Positions 52,292-62,748 of a stretch of DNA of 64,000 nucleotides are shown one piece after another. Source of the DNA: Basidiobolus meristosporus CBS 931.73 (lineage: Eukaryota; Fungi; Basidiobolomycota); the NCBI GenBank assembly GCA_002104905.1, contig MCFE01000056.1, positions 124,001 to 188,000 on the forward strand, given 5' to 3'. Positions within the stretch are counted from its first letter, which is position 1; the number at the start of each line of letters is the position of its first letter. The notes beneath the pieces were generated by a model. That model made no database searches. It saw only the letters and a list, made by a program, of their open reading frames with translations, and was not told the DNA's origin. Made by a program: the position numbers and the translations under genes.

Positions 52292-52678
52292 CTAATAATC
52301 GTCATAACCATCACCTCGGCCGCCGCCGCCACCGCCGTACTTCTTTCTTCCATGACCATTACCATCATAATCGTCGTCATAATCATTGTCATACTTCTTT
52401 CTTCTTCCGTGACCATGACCATCGTAGTCATCGTCGTAGTCATCCCCGTCATATCTCCTTCTTCTTCCACGGCCATTACCATCATAATCATCATCGTAGT
52501 CGTTACCATACTTCTTTCTTCCTCCATGGCCATTACCGTCATAATCATCGTCATAGTCACCACCACCACCGTGACCTACCCCCTTGTAGTCAGGATCGTA
52601 AGAGCGCTCAAGGACTGAAGCATTGATAGCCAACGCAGCGGAGATGACAAGGAGAAGCTTTGCAACGGAGTATTTCAT
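52292..52678 (-). CDS. YD-repeat secreted protein, array copy 13
   Basis: Intact ORF from MKYSVAK. Confidence 0.85.
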   Translation of the reverse strand: MKYSVAKLLLVISAALAINASVLERSYDPDYKGVGHGGGGDYDDDYDGNGHGGRKKYGNDYDDDYDGNGRGRRRRYDGDDYDDDYDGHGHGRRKKYDNDYDDDYDGNGHGRKKYGGGGGGRGDGYDDY

Positions 52679-53667
52679 GTTGATATAATGATTGGAAATA
52701 ATCAGAAGATCAAGGCATTTATACATATTACAATGCAAGAATATGCAGAAGCACGCCCATCAGTGTTTGCTGATCACACGTACAGTGTTGAGGAGAGATG
52801 TCCGTAGCATTCATGGCTTTAATCTAGTGCGCATTTAGCAGTTTTATAATGCGATATGTGTTGTTGGTTAAGCACACTCAGTACCAAACTACCTGTGCTG
52901 ACAACTCAGCTTGTAAGCTGTACATCAATTAGATGCTTCCCAACTTGTGCTATACTTGCAGTCATGGCTCTTTCTGCAGGTGACTTGAGTTTGATATGTC
53001 CAGATGCATATTATGTTTTGAAATCAGATTTTCTTGAGTGCCAATGACACGCCTGTGGTAATGCTGTACGTAGGTTTTCTGGCCAACGAGAAGCAGTAGT
53101 CAGTCATATAGTATTGTGGCATATTTCTAAATGGAATTCTGAGTCAGTTTACTTCAGGCCACTACACTGTGCAATATTCCTAGCAACGGCCAGACATTTC
53201 TTTGTAGCATATCAACCAGCAACAGTAGTAGCAGTAGTAGTTAAAATCATCGTTGGTGAAGCGTTTCAGCAGATTGAAATAATAGGAAGCAAAGTATAAC
53301 GTGCTTTATGTTTGCTTGCTTAGACTCACGGTGAAATGCCACTCTCAATTTGCGAGATAAATACATTCAAGCACCTGAATACGGGGTAACCCAAGGAGAA
53401 TTTTAGTGGCGAAATTTGTCAGGTATTTAGTTCGGATATATTCGGATATATTGTATTAGGTAACCACTCCAAATAGATAATCCACAATTTCCTTTTATGA
53501 CCCACTGTTCTTCGCGGAGGTTACTAATGGGGAAATGTTTTATTGATATGAGGAACGTTCTCTAGTTGGAATGACAAGATATTTTATATGTTCTAGATGT
53601 ATGGCAAGCGTTTCTATTTAAATAGGCCTGTTAGCATTTTCTATCACTGGAAACGAATCTAAGCAAA

Positions 53668-55599
53668 ATGAGACATGTAATTATTGGAGGTGTAGCCGGA
53701 GGAGCAACAGCAGCCGCCCGATTGAGAAGAGTGGATGAGACGGCTGAGATCATTTTATTGGAGAAGGGTCCCTATATCTCTTACGCCAACTGTGGTTTGC
53801 CGTACTATATCGGCGGAGTCATTGCTAAACGCGAAAAACTGCTGCTGCAGACGCCAAAGTCGTTTGGTACGCGTTTCCGTATTGACGTCAGAATAGAGAG
53901 CAAAGTAATTGCCATCCATCCAGAGGATAAAAGCCTGACCATTCGTAGGGCAAATGGAGAAGAATACAAAGAAACTTACGACAAGCTGCTACTATCACCA
54001 GGTGCCAATCCCGTGAAGCCGCCATTGGAGGGTATCAATTCCGAAGGCATATTCACCCTGCGCAACGTAGAAGATACCGACCATATCAAAGCGTACATTG
54101 CTGAGAAACAGGTAAAGCGTGCCGTAGTAGTAGGTGCCGGTTTTATCGGGCTGGAGATGGCGGAGAACCTGCACCATGCCGGGGTGGCTGTTTCCGTAGT
54201 CGAAATGGGCAACCAGGTTATGGCTCCTATCGACTTCTCTATGGCAGCGTATATCCATCAACACTTGACACAAAAGGGCACATCTTTATATCTTGAAGAA
54301 GGTGTTACGCACTTCCAGCGTACAGACAGCGGCATTACTGTTTTCCTGAAAAGTGGCAGGACCATTCCTGCCGATATGGTATTACTCTCTATCGGCGTGC
54401 GTCCAGCAACAGCATTGGCGCAACAGGCCGGCTTGAAGTTGGGAGAGACGGGTGGCATCTGGGTAGATAAACACTTGGAAACCTCCCAAAAGGATATCTA
54501 TGCAGTGGGTGATGCTATTGAATATCCTCATCCGTTGACCGGGAAACCGTGGCTCAACTATCTTGCCAATCCGGCTAATCGCCAAGGTCGTATCGTAGCC
54601 GATAACATGGTATTTGGCAACACGGTTTCTTATGAAGGGGCTATCGGTACTTCTATCGCCAAAGTATTCGATATGACTGTGGCTTCTACAGGACTGGCAG
54701 CCAAGCGTTTGAAGCAGTTGGGAATGGAGTATCAGAGTTCAGTTACCCACTCCTCTTCCCATGCAGGCTATTATCCGGACGCTTTGCCCTTGACGCTGAA
54801 GCTAACCTTTCACCCTAAGACTGGTAAGCTTTACGGTGCGCAATGTGTGGGCTACGAAGGAGTGGACAAGCGTATCGACCAAATAGCTGGAGTCATCAAA
54901 CATGGCGGGACGGTATATGACCTGACGGAAACTGAGCACACCTATGCACCCCCTTTCTCATCTGCCAAAGATCCTATAGCCATTGGTGGATATGTTGCCT
55001 CCAATATAATCAGCGGGGCTATGCCGGCTATTTCCTGGCGCGAACTCGTTGATGAGAAAGACCAAGTGATGATGTTTGATACCCGTACTGCCGAAGAATA
55101 CTCATTTGGCTCCATTCCGGGGGCTGTCAATGTTCCCTTGAATGAATTGCGTGAGCACATTGCTGAAATCCCGATGGATAAACCAGTTGTTCTATTCTGT
55201 GCCATAGGACTGCGCGGCTATCTAGCTCAGCGCATCTTGATGGGACGCGGTTATCGCAATGTTCGCAACCTAATCGGCGGCTATAAAACTTATTCCACCA
55301 GCGTAGCTCCTATTGCAAAGCCTTCTACCGAGGTTCCTTCACCACAAGAGGCTGGTGAGGCGACAAAGATAAACGTATGCGGGTTACAGTGTCCCGGGCC
55401 TATCATGCAGGTAATAGAAGCGATGAACAGCATTGCGGTTGGCAAACGTGTTACAGTCACGGCAACTGATGCAGGTTTGGCTCGTGACGCCTCTGCCTGG
55501 TGCGACACTACAGGCAACAAATTGATATCAAAGCATGAAGAAAAAGGTCGCTACACAGTTGTTCTAGAAAAAGGAGAACCCGCCACTAAACAGAATTGA
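53668..55599 (+). CDS. bacterial-type CoA-disulfide/persulfide reductase fused to rhodanese and TusA(SirA) domains
   Basis: Motifs IIGGVAGG (FAD), SYANCGLPYY (redox Cys), VVGAGFIGLE (NAD(P)H), YAVGD and YAPPFSSAKDP. Rhodanese loop FCAIGLRG and TusA motif CGLQCPGP. Intronless 643 aa. Confidence 0.93.
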   Translation: MRHVIIGGVAGGATAAARLRRVDETAEIILLEKGPYISYANCGLPYYIGGVIAKREKLLLQTPKSFGTRFRIDVRIESKVIAIHPEDKSLTIRRANGEEYKETYDKLLLSPGANPVKPPLEGINSEGIFTLRNVEDTDHIKAYIAEKQVKRAVVVGAGFIGLEMAENLHHAGVAVSVVEMGNQVMAPIDFSMAAYIHQHLTQKGTSLYLEEGVTHFQRTDSGITVFLKSGRTIPADMVLLSIGVRPATALAQQAGLKLGETGGIWVDKHLETSQKDIYAVGDAIEYPHPLTGKPWLNYLANPANRQGRIVADNMVFGNTVSYEGAIGTSIAKVFDMTVASTGLAAKRLKQLGMEYQSSVTHSSSHAGYYPDALPLTLKLTFHPKTGKLYGAQCVGYEGVDKRIDQIAGVIKHGGTVYDLTETEHTYAPPFSSAKDPIAIGGYVASNIISGAMPAISWRELVDEKDQVMMFDTRTAEEYSFGSIPGAVNVPLNELREHIAEIPMDKPVVLFCAIGLRGYLAQRILMGRGYRNVRNLIGGYKTYSTSVAPIAKPSTEVPSPQEAGEATKINVCGLQCPGPIMQVIEAMNSIAVGKRVTVTATDAGLARDASAWCDTTGNKLISKHEEKGRYTVVLEKGEPATKQN

Positions 55600-56245
55600 A
55601 GCATTTTGCGTGGCTACAAAAATGCTCCACCTTCCTATAACATTAGTTTAGTTAGTTTCCCAATTTGGGATTATATAAAGTCATTTGCAATCATGCCATT
55701 CCATTCCATAAATGTATGAGGCTCTTGTGCTCACTAAATCCAGATCAATAATGCTCCCGATATTCTCAAAATAGTACATAATTGACCAATTCGTCTCTTG
55801 CTTCAAGATCTTGATATGGATTGAAAATGAATATGAATGCTAGCCAAAGAAGGCGATTGAAGGCAATACTTCAACTAATGTAATCCTCAATTGTTACAAA
55901 TACTTTCCTCGTACACAAATAGAACAGCTAATAGTACTAATTGATTGGATATTTGTCAGCCATTAGAAAATATCATACGATAAACTGGCTCTTTTTGTTA
56001 TGAAAGTCTTGCATATTGTAAGGCACGTGAAGTAAATGTAGGTTTTTTGATTTTCACATCATGAATATTGCATGTAAAGGGAGTTTTTAAACTTAAGTAA
56101 GCTCTGGCAAGACAACATGTAAAAATATTTATGAAGATCCCACAAATACATGTTGTAAGAGTTTTTGCGTTATTGGAAGTGATTAGAAGTACAAGTATAT
56201 CATGTGGTTATCACTTAATGATGGATTGAATGTAAAAGTTGTATT

Positions 56246-58960
56246 TGTTGCAAGAGTCTTGGCAATATTGGAAGTGATTGGCAGAACAAGTAGATTGTGT
56301 GGTTTTCACTTAATGATTTATTGAATGCAAAAGTAGTATTTATACTTTACATAGTCTTGGGATAATAAACACGTAGAATAGATTTAAGAAGGTCCCAAGA
56401 GCATGTGTGCAAAGTTAGGGGCTGTTTGGACAACTTATCCAATTTTCATGTTCTGGTACCTGATATGTGGGTGAAAATATTCCAAGTAGATCCCAACAAA
56501 AAATTTAGTCATTATTCCCTAAGATTTGTAGGTAATGATCAAAGTGACTAAGTTAGGTGAATATTTAAATGGAATTCCAAACTTTTACAACACTCCCACT
56601 CAACTAAATGCTCATATTGACTAGTCCTAATTTTGAACTAAGATATTCAAGTTTGTCTCTAGCTAATGGTTTGGTAAATAGGTCTGCAATCATTTCATCT
56701 GTAGGACAGTAAGCCAAGTTAGCTAAGCTAATCTCTACTGCTTCACATATGAAATGATGTTCAATATCAGTGTGCTTAGTTCTAGCATGAAAAGTTGGAT
56801 TTCTAGCTAATTGTATACTTGCTTGATTATCTTGAATTAAAGTAATAGACATTTTTGTTGTAAAGATTTGTAATTCCACCTAAATATTCACCTAACTTGG
56901 TCACTTAGATCATTACCTTCAAATCCTAGGGAATACTGACCAAACTCCTTGTCAGGATTTACTTAATATATTTACCCAGAACATGTAAATTCTCAAAGTT
57001 GTACAAACAACCCCAAACTTTGCATACATGCTCTTGAGACCTTCCATAACCTATTCTACATGCTTGTAACTCCAAGTTCATATAACAAGTATAAATACTA
57101 CTTTTACATTCAATAAATCATCAAGTGAAAACCTCATAATCTATTGTCCTCCCAAATCACATCTAATATCTTCAAGACTCTTGCAACAATTTTTGCTAGT
57201 AGAGCCAGATGTGCTCTATCTGGCTTATAGTAGATAGCATAGTCAGCAGTACTCCTTTGGAAACTCAAAGATTCCAAATAAATATTTATCTTGCAATTCC
57301 CAGCTCATGGTGATTGTTTGGGACCATATAGCAACATTCTAAGCTTGAAGACCAAATGGGAGTAATCCTGTTGAGCAAAGCCATCAGGCTGGTCTATATA
57401 CATGTTATCATCAGATTTCCATTCAAAAATGCAGTTTCTACATCCATTTGATGTATAAAAACTAATATTTGGCAGCAATAGCTAAAATACATCTGATGGA
57501 ATCAAACTTGGCTACTGGTGCAGAGGTCTCATTACAGTCACATGCTTTTGTTTGAGAGTATCCTTTGGCCACAAGTCTTGCTTTGTATCTTTCAATCTTA
57601 CCATTAGCCTTGTATTTTGTCCTGAAGACCCATCTGCATGAAATCAAATTTTGATTGATTGGTAATTTGACAAAGTCCCAAGTTTGATGTTCCATCAGTG
57701 CCTGATAATCCTTAGTTGTTGCAGATCTCCAAGACTTTGTCTAAGGGCTATTTAAGACCTCTTTTATAGTCTGGGGTGCATCAATATGGACAGAATAGGC
57801 ATAGGCTGGGTTTGTACCCTCATCAATATAGTAATCTGGGCCATTTCTGTTCCAAGTAGAATCTGATAGTCTGTAATACTGCAATGATCACACCAAGGAT
57901 ATTCCTGGGTGCTGAAACAGGTTGTACCACAGTTGCAGAGTCTTCTGAAGAGAAAAAGTCTTCATTCTCTTGCTCTGATTAAATCCTGACTGTTGGTGGA
58001 CTTGAATTTGGATTTTTGTTATCATTTGATGTCAATTTGTGGGAAAATCATGATTTTCATCAAGGAGCACATCCCTGGCATTGATCAGCTTCTTTGCTTT
58101 GGCAGTGTAGAGTATGTATGCTTTGCTCTCATTACAGTAGCCTAAAAATATGCATTTTGCACTTTGTGGCTCAAACTTTGACTGATTACCAGGCAGTTCC
58201 TTGGCAAATACTTAACACCCAAGCATTCTTAGATGTTCTGCACTTAGTCTGTAGTCATACCTTGCCACAAGTGGAGTAGAAGCATGTAGTATTCTGTTAT
58301 GACTCCTACTTTTAAGGAATACAGCTGTGGCAACTAATCTGACCTAATATTATAGGATAATTTTGATCATGGACCATATATCTTGCCATATCAATTTTTT
58401 TGGCTCTATTTGCAGCTTCTGCTACCCCATTTTGCTGTGGGGAGTATGGTACAGTAGTCTCTTGCTTTATCCCATAGGTTTTGCAGAAGTGGATCAAGAG
58501 CTTTAAGGAATATTTTCCATCATTGTCAGAGCATATTTTCTTGATTTTTTTACCAGTTTCTCTCTCCACCAAAGCTTTAAACTCCTTGGGCTTAGACAGA
58601 GCTACTTTCTTTCTCTCCATGAAGTAGACCTATGTGCATCTTCTATAATCTTCAATAAAAGTGATTAAATAATACATCCTGCACAAAGAAAAATTTTGCA
58701 TTGATCCACACAGATCTGAGTGAATTAGATCTAATTTCTTCTTAGTTTTGACTTGCTCAGAGCTCCTGAAAAATTGTATGGCTTGTTTGCCATATATGCA
58801 GGCTTCATAGTACTCCAGATTAGCTGGGGGATCAGTTTTTACTCTGGAAATTAGCTGATCATTGATCATTTTGTGCAATTATTCATAATTACTTTGTCAG
58901 ATTGCCTGTGCCAAAACATTGATGTTTCCTCATTTAAGTAACTCATAGTTGATTCCTGAA
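56246..58960 (-). mobile_element. decayed, internally deleted Ty1/copia element (same family as 15110-17687)
   Basis: GAG-pre-integrase/integrase (LDLIHSDLCG; TVPYSPQQNGVAE), RT ([10 protein letters not shown]) and RNase H end (HARTKHTDI; MIADLFTKPL). PPT at 56593-56602 and 3' LTR at 56246-56592. Confidence 0.9.
56856..57188 (+). repeat. copia solo LTR with 5-bp TSD
   Basis: TGTTG...CAACA termini flanked by ATTTT on both sides (56851-56855 and 57189-57193). Confidence 0.88.
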
Positions 58961-59039
58961 TGGATGGAATATAGTCAACTTGTATAGATTCTGATCTATG
59001 ATACCCAAGGCAATATGGGCACCATTTTGATCATGTTAG

Positions 59040-60770
59040 GGTTGAGGGGGGAGGAATGTCACCAAGTGGTGGAGTCTTTATTTATTTATGACAAGTATCC
59101 AAAGAAGCCAACTTAATCTGAAGTTATTCCTAGAAAGCTAGGTCTGAGAGTTGAGAAGCTGAGTGGTACTGTATTACCTAGTTAGCTAGGTCTGAGAGAG
59201 GTTTCCTGCAAAGTCAGGCCTGAGAAGTAAGAATCTTAGTATATCTGAGGTAAGTTGTACTGGTTTGTGGTAGCTGCATTGTGGCCAGAATGTCCAGTTG
59301 AGTGAGGGAACTGAGGGGAACTTCTGGGCAATCACCAGTCAAATTCACTAGGCAAATCTGACCAATTAGAGCTAGGGGGAAACAGTCACCAACAGGTAAA
59401 ATCTTTATTTCAGCTGGAACAAAGAAGACAGTGCTACTGTCATAGCTTTTATACAAGAGTGTCTAGCTGAGTGGAACTTGTAGGTAAGGTAACAAGGAGA
59501 GATGATAGCTCTCAGTGCTGAAGATACTGTTCAGTGGGAAGGGGGGTAGCAAGAGGGGCAAGAATGATTTGTGAACAACATGGATAAAAGTTAAGGGGGA
59601 TGATAATCACCAAAAGGTGAAATCTTAGGGTTAGGGGATCCTATGATAAATAATTTGGGATAGTGGGAGACAGTCACCAACAGACAAAATCTTTATTTCA
59701 TTGAAAGAAAGAAGCCAGTGCTACTGTTGAAGCTTTGATACAAGAGTGTGTAGCTGAGGGGAGTTTGTAGGTAAGTTAATAAGAAGTGGTGATAGTTCTT
59801 CAGTGCTCAAGACACTGTTCAGTGGAAGGGGGGAGCAAGAAGGGTGAGAATGATTTGTGAACAACATTAATGAGGAGAATATGATAACAATTAATATTTG
59901 TCATAAAGGGAGTGTGCTGCTTCAGATACTGCTGCCAAAGATCTGTCAAGTACTTCAGATAGGCCAGTTTGGGTTTTTCTGACTGCAGAATATAATGAGC
60001 AAACTTCTTGACTTCAGGATCTCCAAGTATAGTTCTCCAGCAGGAGCCAGGTGTAGCATGGTGTGTTCTCTTACAGGCATTGATTAGTTGGTTGCTGCAG
60101 TGGTGAATTCTGAGATATAATGTGGTTCTAAGGTAGAGAAGTCTAATCATATAGGGCATAAACCCAAAAGCACCAAGAATAGCATGTCTGTAGGGGCATA
60201 CAGGCAGACAAGGCACCAAGGAGGTAATACACCAGACTGCAAGCTTGTCAAGCTTAGTGCAGTTGCTAGCAGTAAGAGAGAGAAGTGGTAAGCCAAATTC
60301 CAGGACAGGAAAGACAAGCTGTTTGAGAAGAAGAAGGCAGTGGGAGCTGAAGTTGTAGGAGCAACAGCCAGTAGCTTGTGGAGAGCCTGTCATGCCAGGA
60401 TAATTCTCTTCTTCAGGTGTGCTCCAGAGCCTAGTCCAGTAGGAAGGAAAGGAAAGCCAAGATATGCAGCAGAAACCTGAGCAGGTAGAGTGCAGTTTTC
60501 TAAGTTGATGGGACTACTAAAAGGTACTGTCTTTGCAATGAAAAGCTGGAGATTATTCTTCTGCAAATGCTAGTGAATGGTCTGGGAGTCTTGTAGCTTG
60601 AACCAAAGCAGGTTTCTGTCAGCTGAATCAAAGGCTTTAGTAATATCAAACAGAACAGAGGGATACTTGCACTGGAGAGAGTGATCTTGGCTAAGTACGA
60701 CTGCATATTCCAAGGAGAGGCTAGGAACAAAGCCAAACTGTGCCGGGTGAAACTTACATCACTCAATAGT
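59040..60770 (-). mobile_element. non-LTR (LINE-like) retroelement 3' remnants
   Basis: ORF 59800-60393 LLKQLVFPVLEFGLPL resembles the post-RT L..P.LEY region of LINEs. CpG-depleted, with a duplicated 3' region. Confidence 0.5.
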
Positions 60771-60771
60771 C

Positions 60772-61242
60772 ATGTCTGCAGTCAAAAGAACTCACAAAAA
60801 CTCCCTTGGTGGTGACCAGGATACTCGTGGCAATGTCTCCGGTAACCCAGAAAAAGTAGCAGCCTCCAACAACATCAAGATGAACCATGTGGACCGGGCG
60901 CTCCTTCATACATATCCGGTGTATTGCTACAACTATGTGGCTAAGTTTGTGGGTTTCTCCAACAAAGATGTCCAGGCCATCAAATCAGTGTCGGAGAGAC
61001 TGGCCCCTCTTAGTGGTGTCGTAGTGGACACTGTGTATGACAAGCTCAGAGCATTTGACATCACTTGGGAATCCATGGCCAAACAACACAAGGGGTATGC
61101 TGGCAAGGTGGTTGAGAAAGTGCAGGATCTCAAGGTCGACAGCTCCCAGATCAAGTACAGAAAAGATATGCTGACCCGAATGGGAAGACATTGCATATTC
61201 ATTTTTGAACGCAAATTGGCGTTGGAAATTGAAAATAGGTAG
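60772..61242 (+). pseudogene. protoglobin/sensor-globin domain, C-terminally truncated
   Basis: YVAKFVGFSNKDVQAI..LAPL..VVDTVYDKLRAFDIT..GYAG..L..DSSQIKYRKDML matches the N-terminal half of fungal protoglobin-like proteins. Similarity stops abruptly. Confidence 0.7.
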
Positions 61243-62748
61243 ATTTTATGGTTCTCTGGTTTCCACGAATTTAGGGTAGTGTCAAGTAAGGAAGAAAAGA
61301 CCAATACCCGAGGTATGGTAAGAGGTATGGCCAACATATTGAAGAAAAAAACTAGAATGCACGCAACAAGCGAAACAATCTGAATAGGTCATGCTCTTTG
61401 GATTACATTTAAGAGGTGTCGCTGCAAAGTTGACAATGAGGATTTATAAATACGCTAGGGAGTGTCACGCGGGCGTGGCACACTCACACAAGTGCAGGTA
61501 TTCTTACAAGCGCAGATCATCTTGACCTTGACCTTCTGGCACTCACATTACTTTGACAGTAATCACCCGGGAACTGAAATCAATTTACTATGCTAGGGGG
61601 ATGTTGACACCACAAAGATCCGTATTGTTATCAGCACAGTCAATCCAACAGGTTGCTTTTTCTTGTGTACGTTGAATCCATATGCAGAATAATCATGATA
61701 TTAAATACGGAGCACCACCTTGCCACAACACCTCCTCCAACAACCGCTTCTCACACACTAGTACAAATTGGGGTTAAGGCTATTTAGTAGTAGCTACAAC
61801 TAAGGGTGTATGGAGTGCTTGCTGTTCTAGACATATCCAATTCATTGACATTACTAGTAATGAGCAAAGAATTGAATCAATCTTCAAACATACTCTGGTA
61901 CAGTATTCACTTTGCAACATAGTTCTGTCACCCTATATGGGTGTGTACACTAGGTTGGGTCATGACTGTGTTATAAGAGTGCCCAAGTCACTAAGTCTGA
62001 ATAGAGTGTTGACCTCAGTTGTATCGTAACACATGCACAAACATCATTGGAACTGACTTTGTTCTGTTGTGCTCGGGCTGAACTGTTTGCTTCATTCAAG
62101 ATGCTATTGTACGGAGCATCCATAACAAAGCATTAGAAGCTACACAGGAAGATAACGAGTCTACCTTCTTAGCATTTTGTACTGACGATAAACAAGTACT
62201 TGTTAGATTTAGGCCATGTGCCACCACGAGTTGTCTTCCTAGTTCAATTCACTTCTACTCCTTGCCAGCTACTAATAGTGATGGGACTTTTCAGAGCATG
62301 ACGTGGGATGTTGTGCGGTACAAAGTGAGAATGAAACTAGCTCAATACATAATACAGCGCCCGCCAATGCGTGGGCGTTTGTAGGTGGATAACGTACTCA
62401 CTTCATTGATTTTGCCGAAATTGCAAATGAGCTAATGAACATAGATGTCGATGATGTTTTGCTGAGTAGCGCATTTCAAATCTGTTCATTGAGGTATACT
62501 ACAGTATATATACATACATATATATAATAGGCATAGCAGACTTATTCTACATGACACAATTGTTATTGGATTGAAACTGGTTGAAAGTAATAAGAAGTCT
62601 GTACTATGGATTCAACGTTCAGCTTCCATACTAGTATTGACATTCGATCAAATAGAGTTATTGCATAAGATTAGTAAGGTTGGGATTTATTTCCAGTTAT
62701 CTATAGATATCTAAAAAACTGCTTGGATATAAGTTCTGATGGCTGTGC

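Noticed and set aside
41650-52620. Plus-strand Ile/Val/Ala-rich ORFs and alternate-frame Met/Thr/Val ORFs over the array
   Set aside because: These are shadow frames of GAC/TAC/GGC repeats. Only the frame with the signal peptide and TATA is conserved across copies.
42000-52700. CRISPR-like or satellite interpretation of the periodic repeats
   Set aside because: The repeats are codon-phased coding repeats and gene duplications in a eukaryotic context, with no repeat-spacer structure or cas genes.
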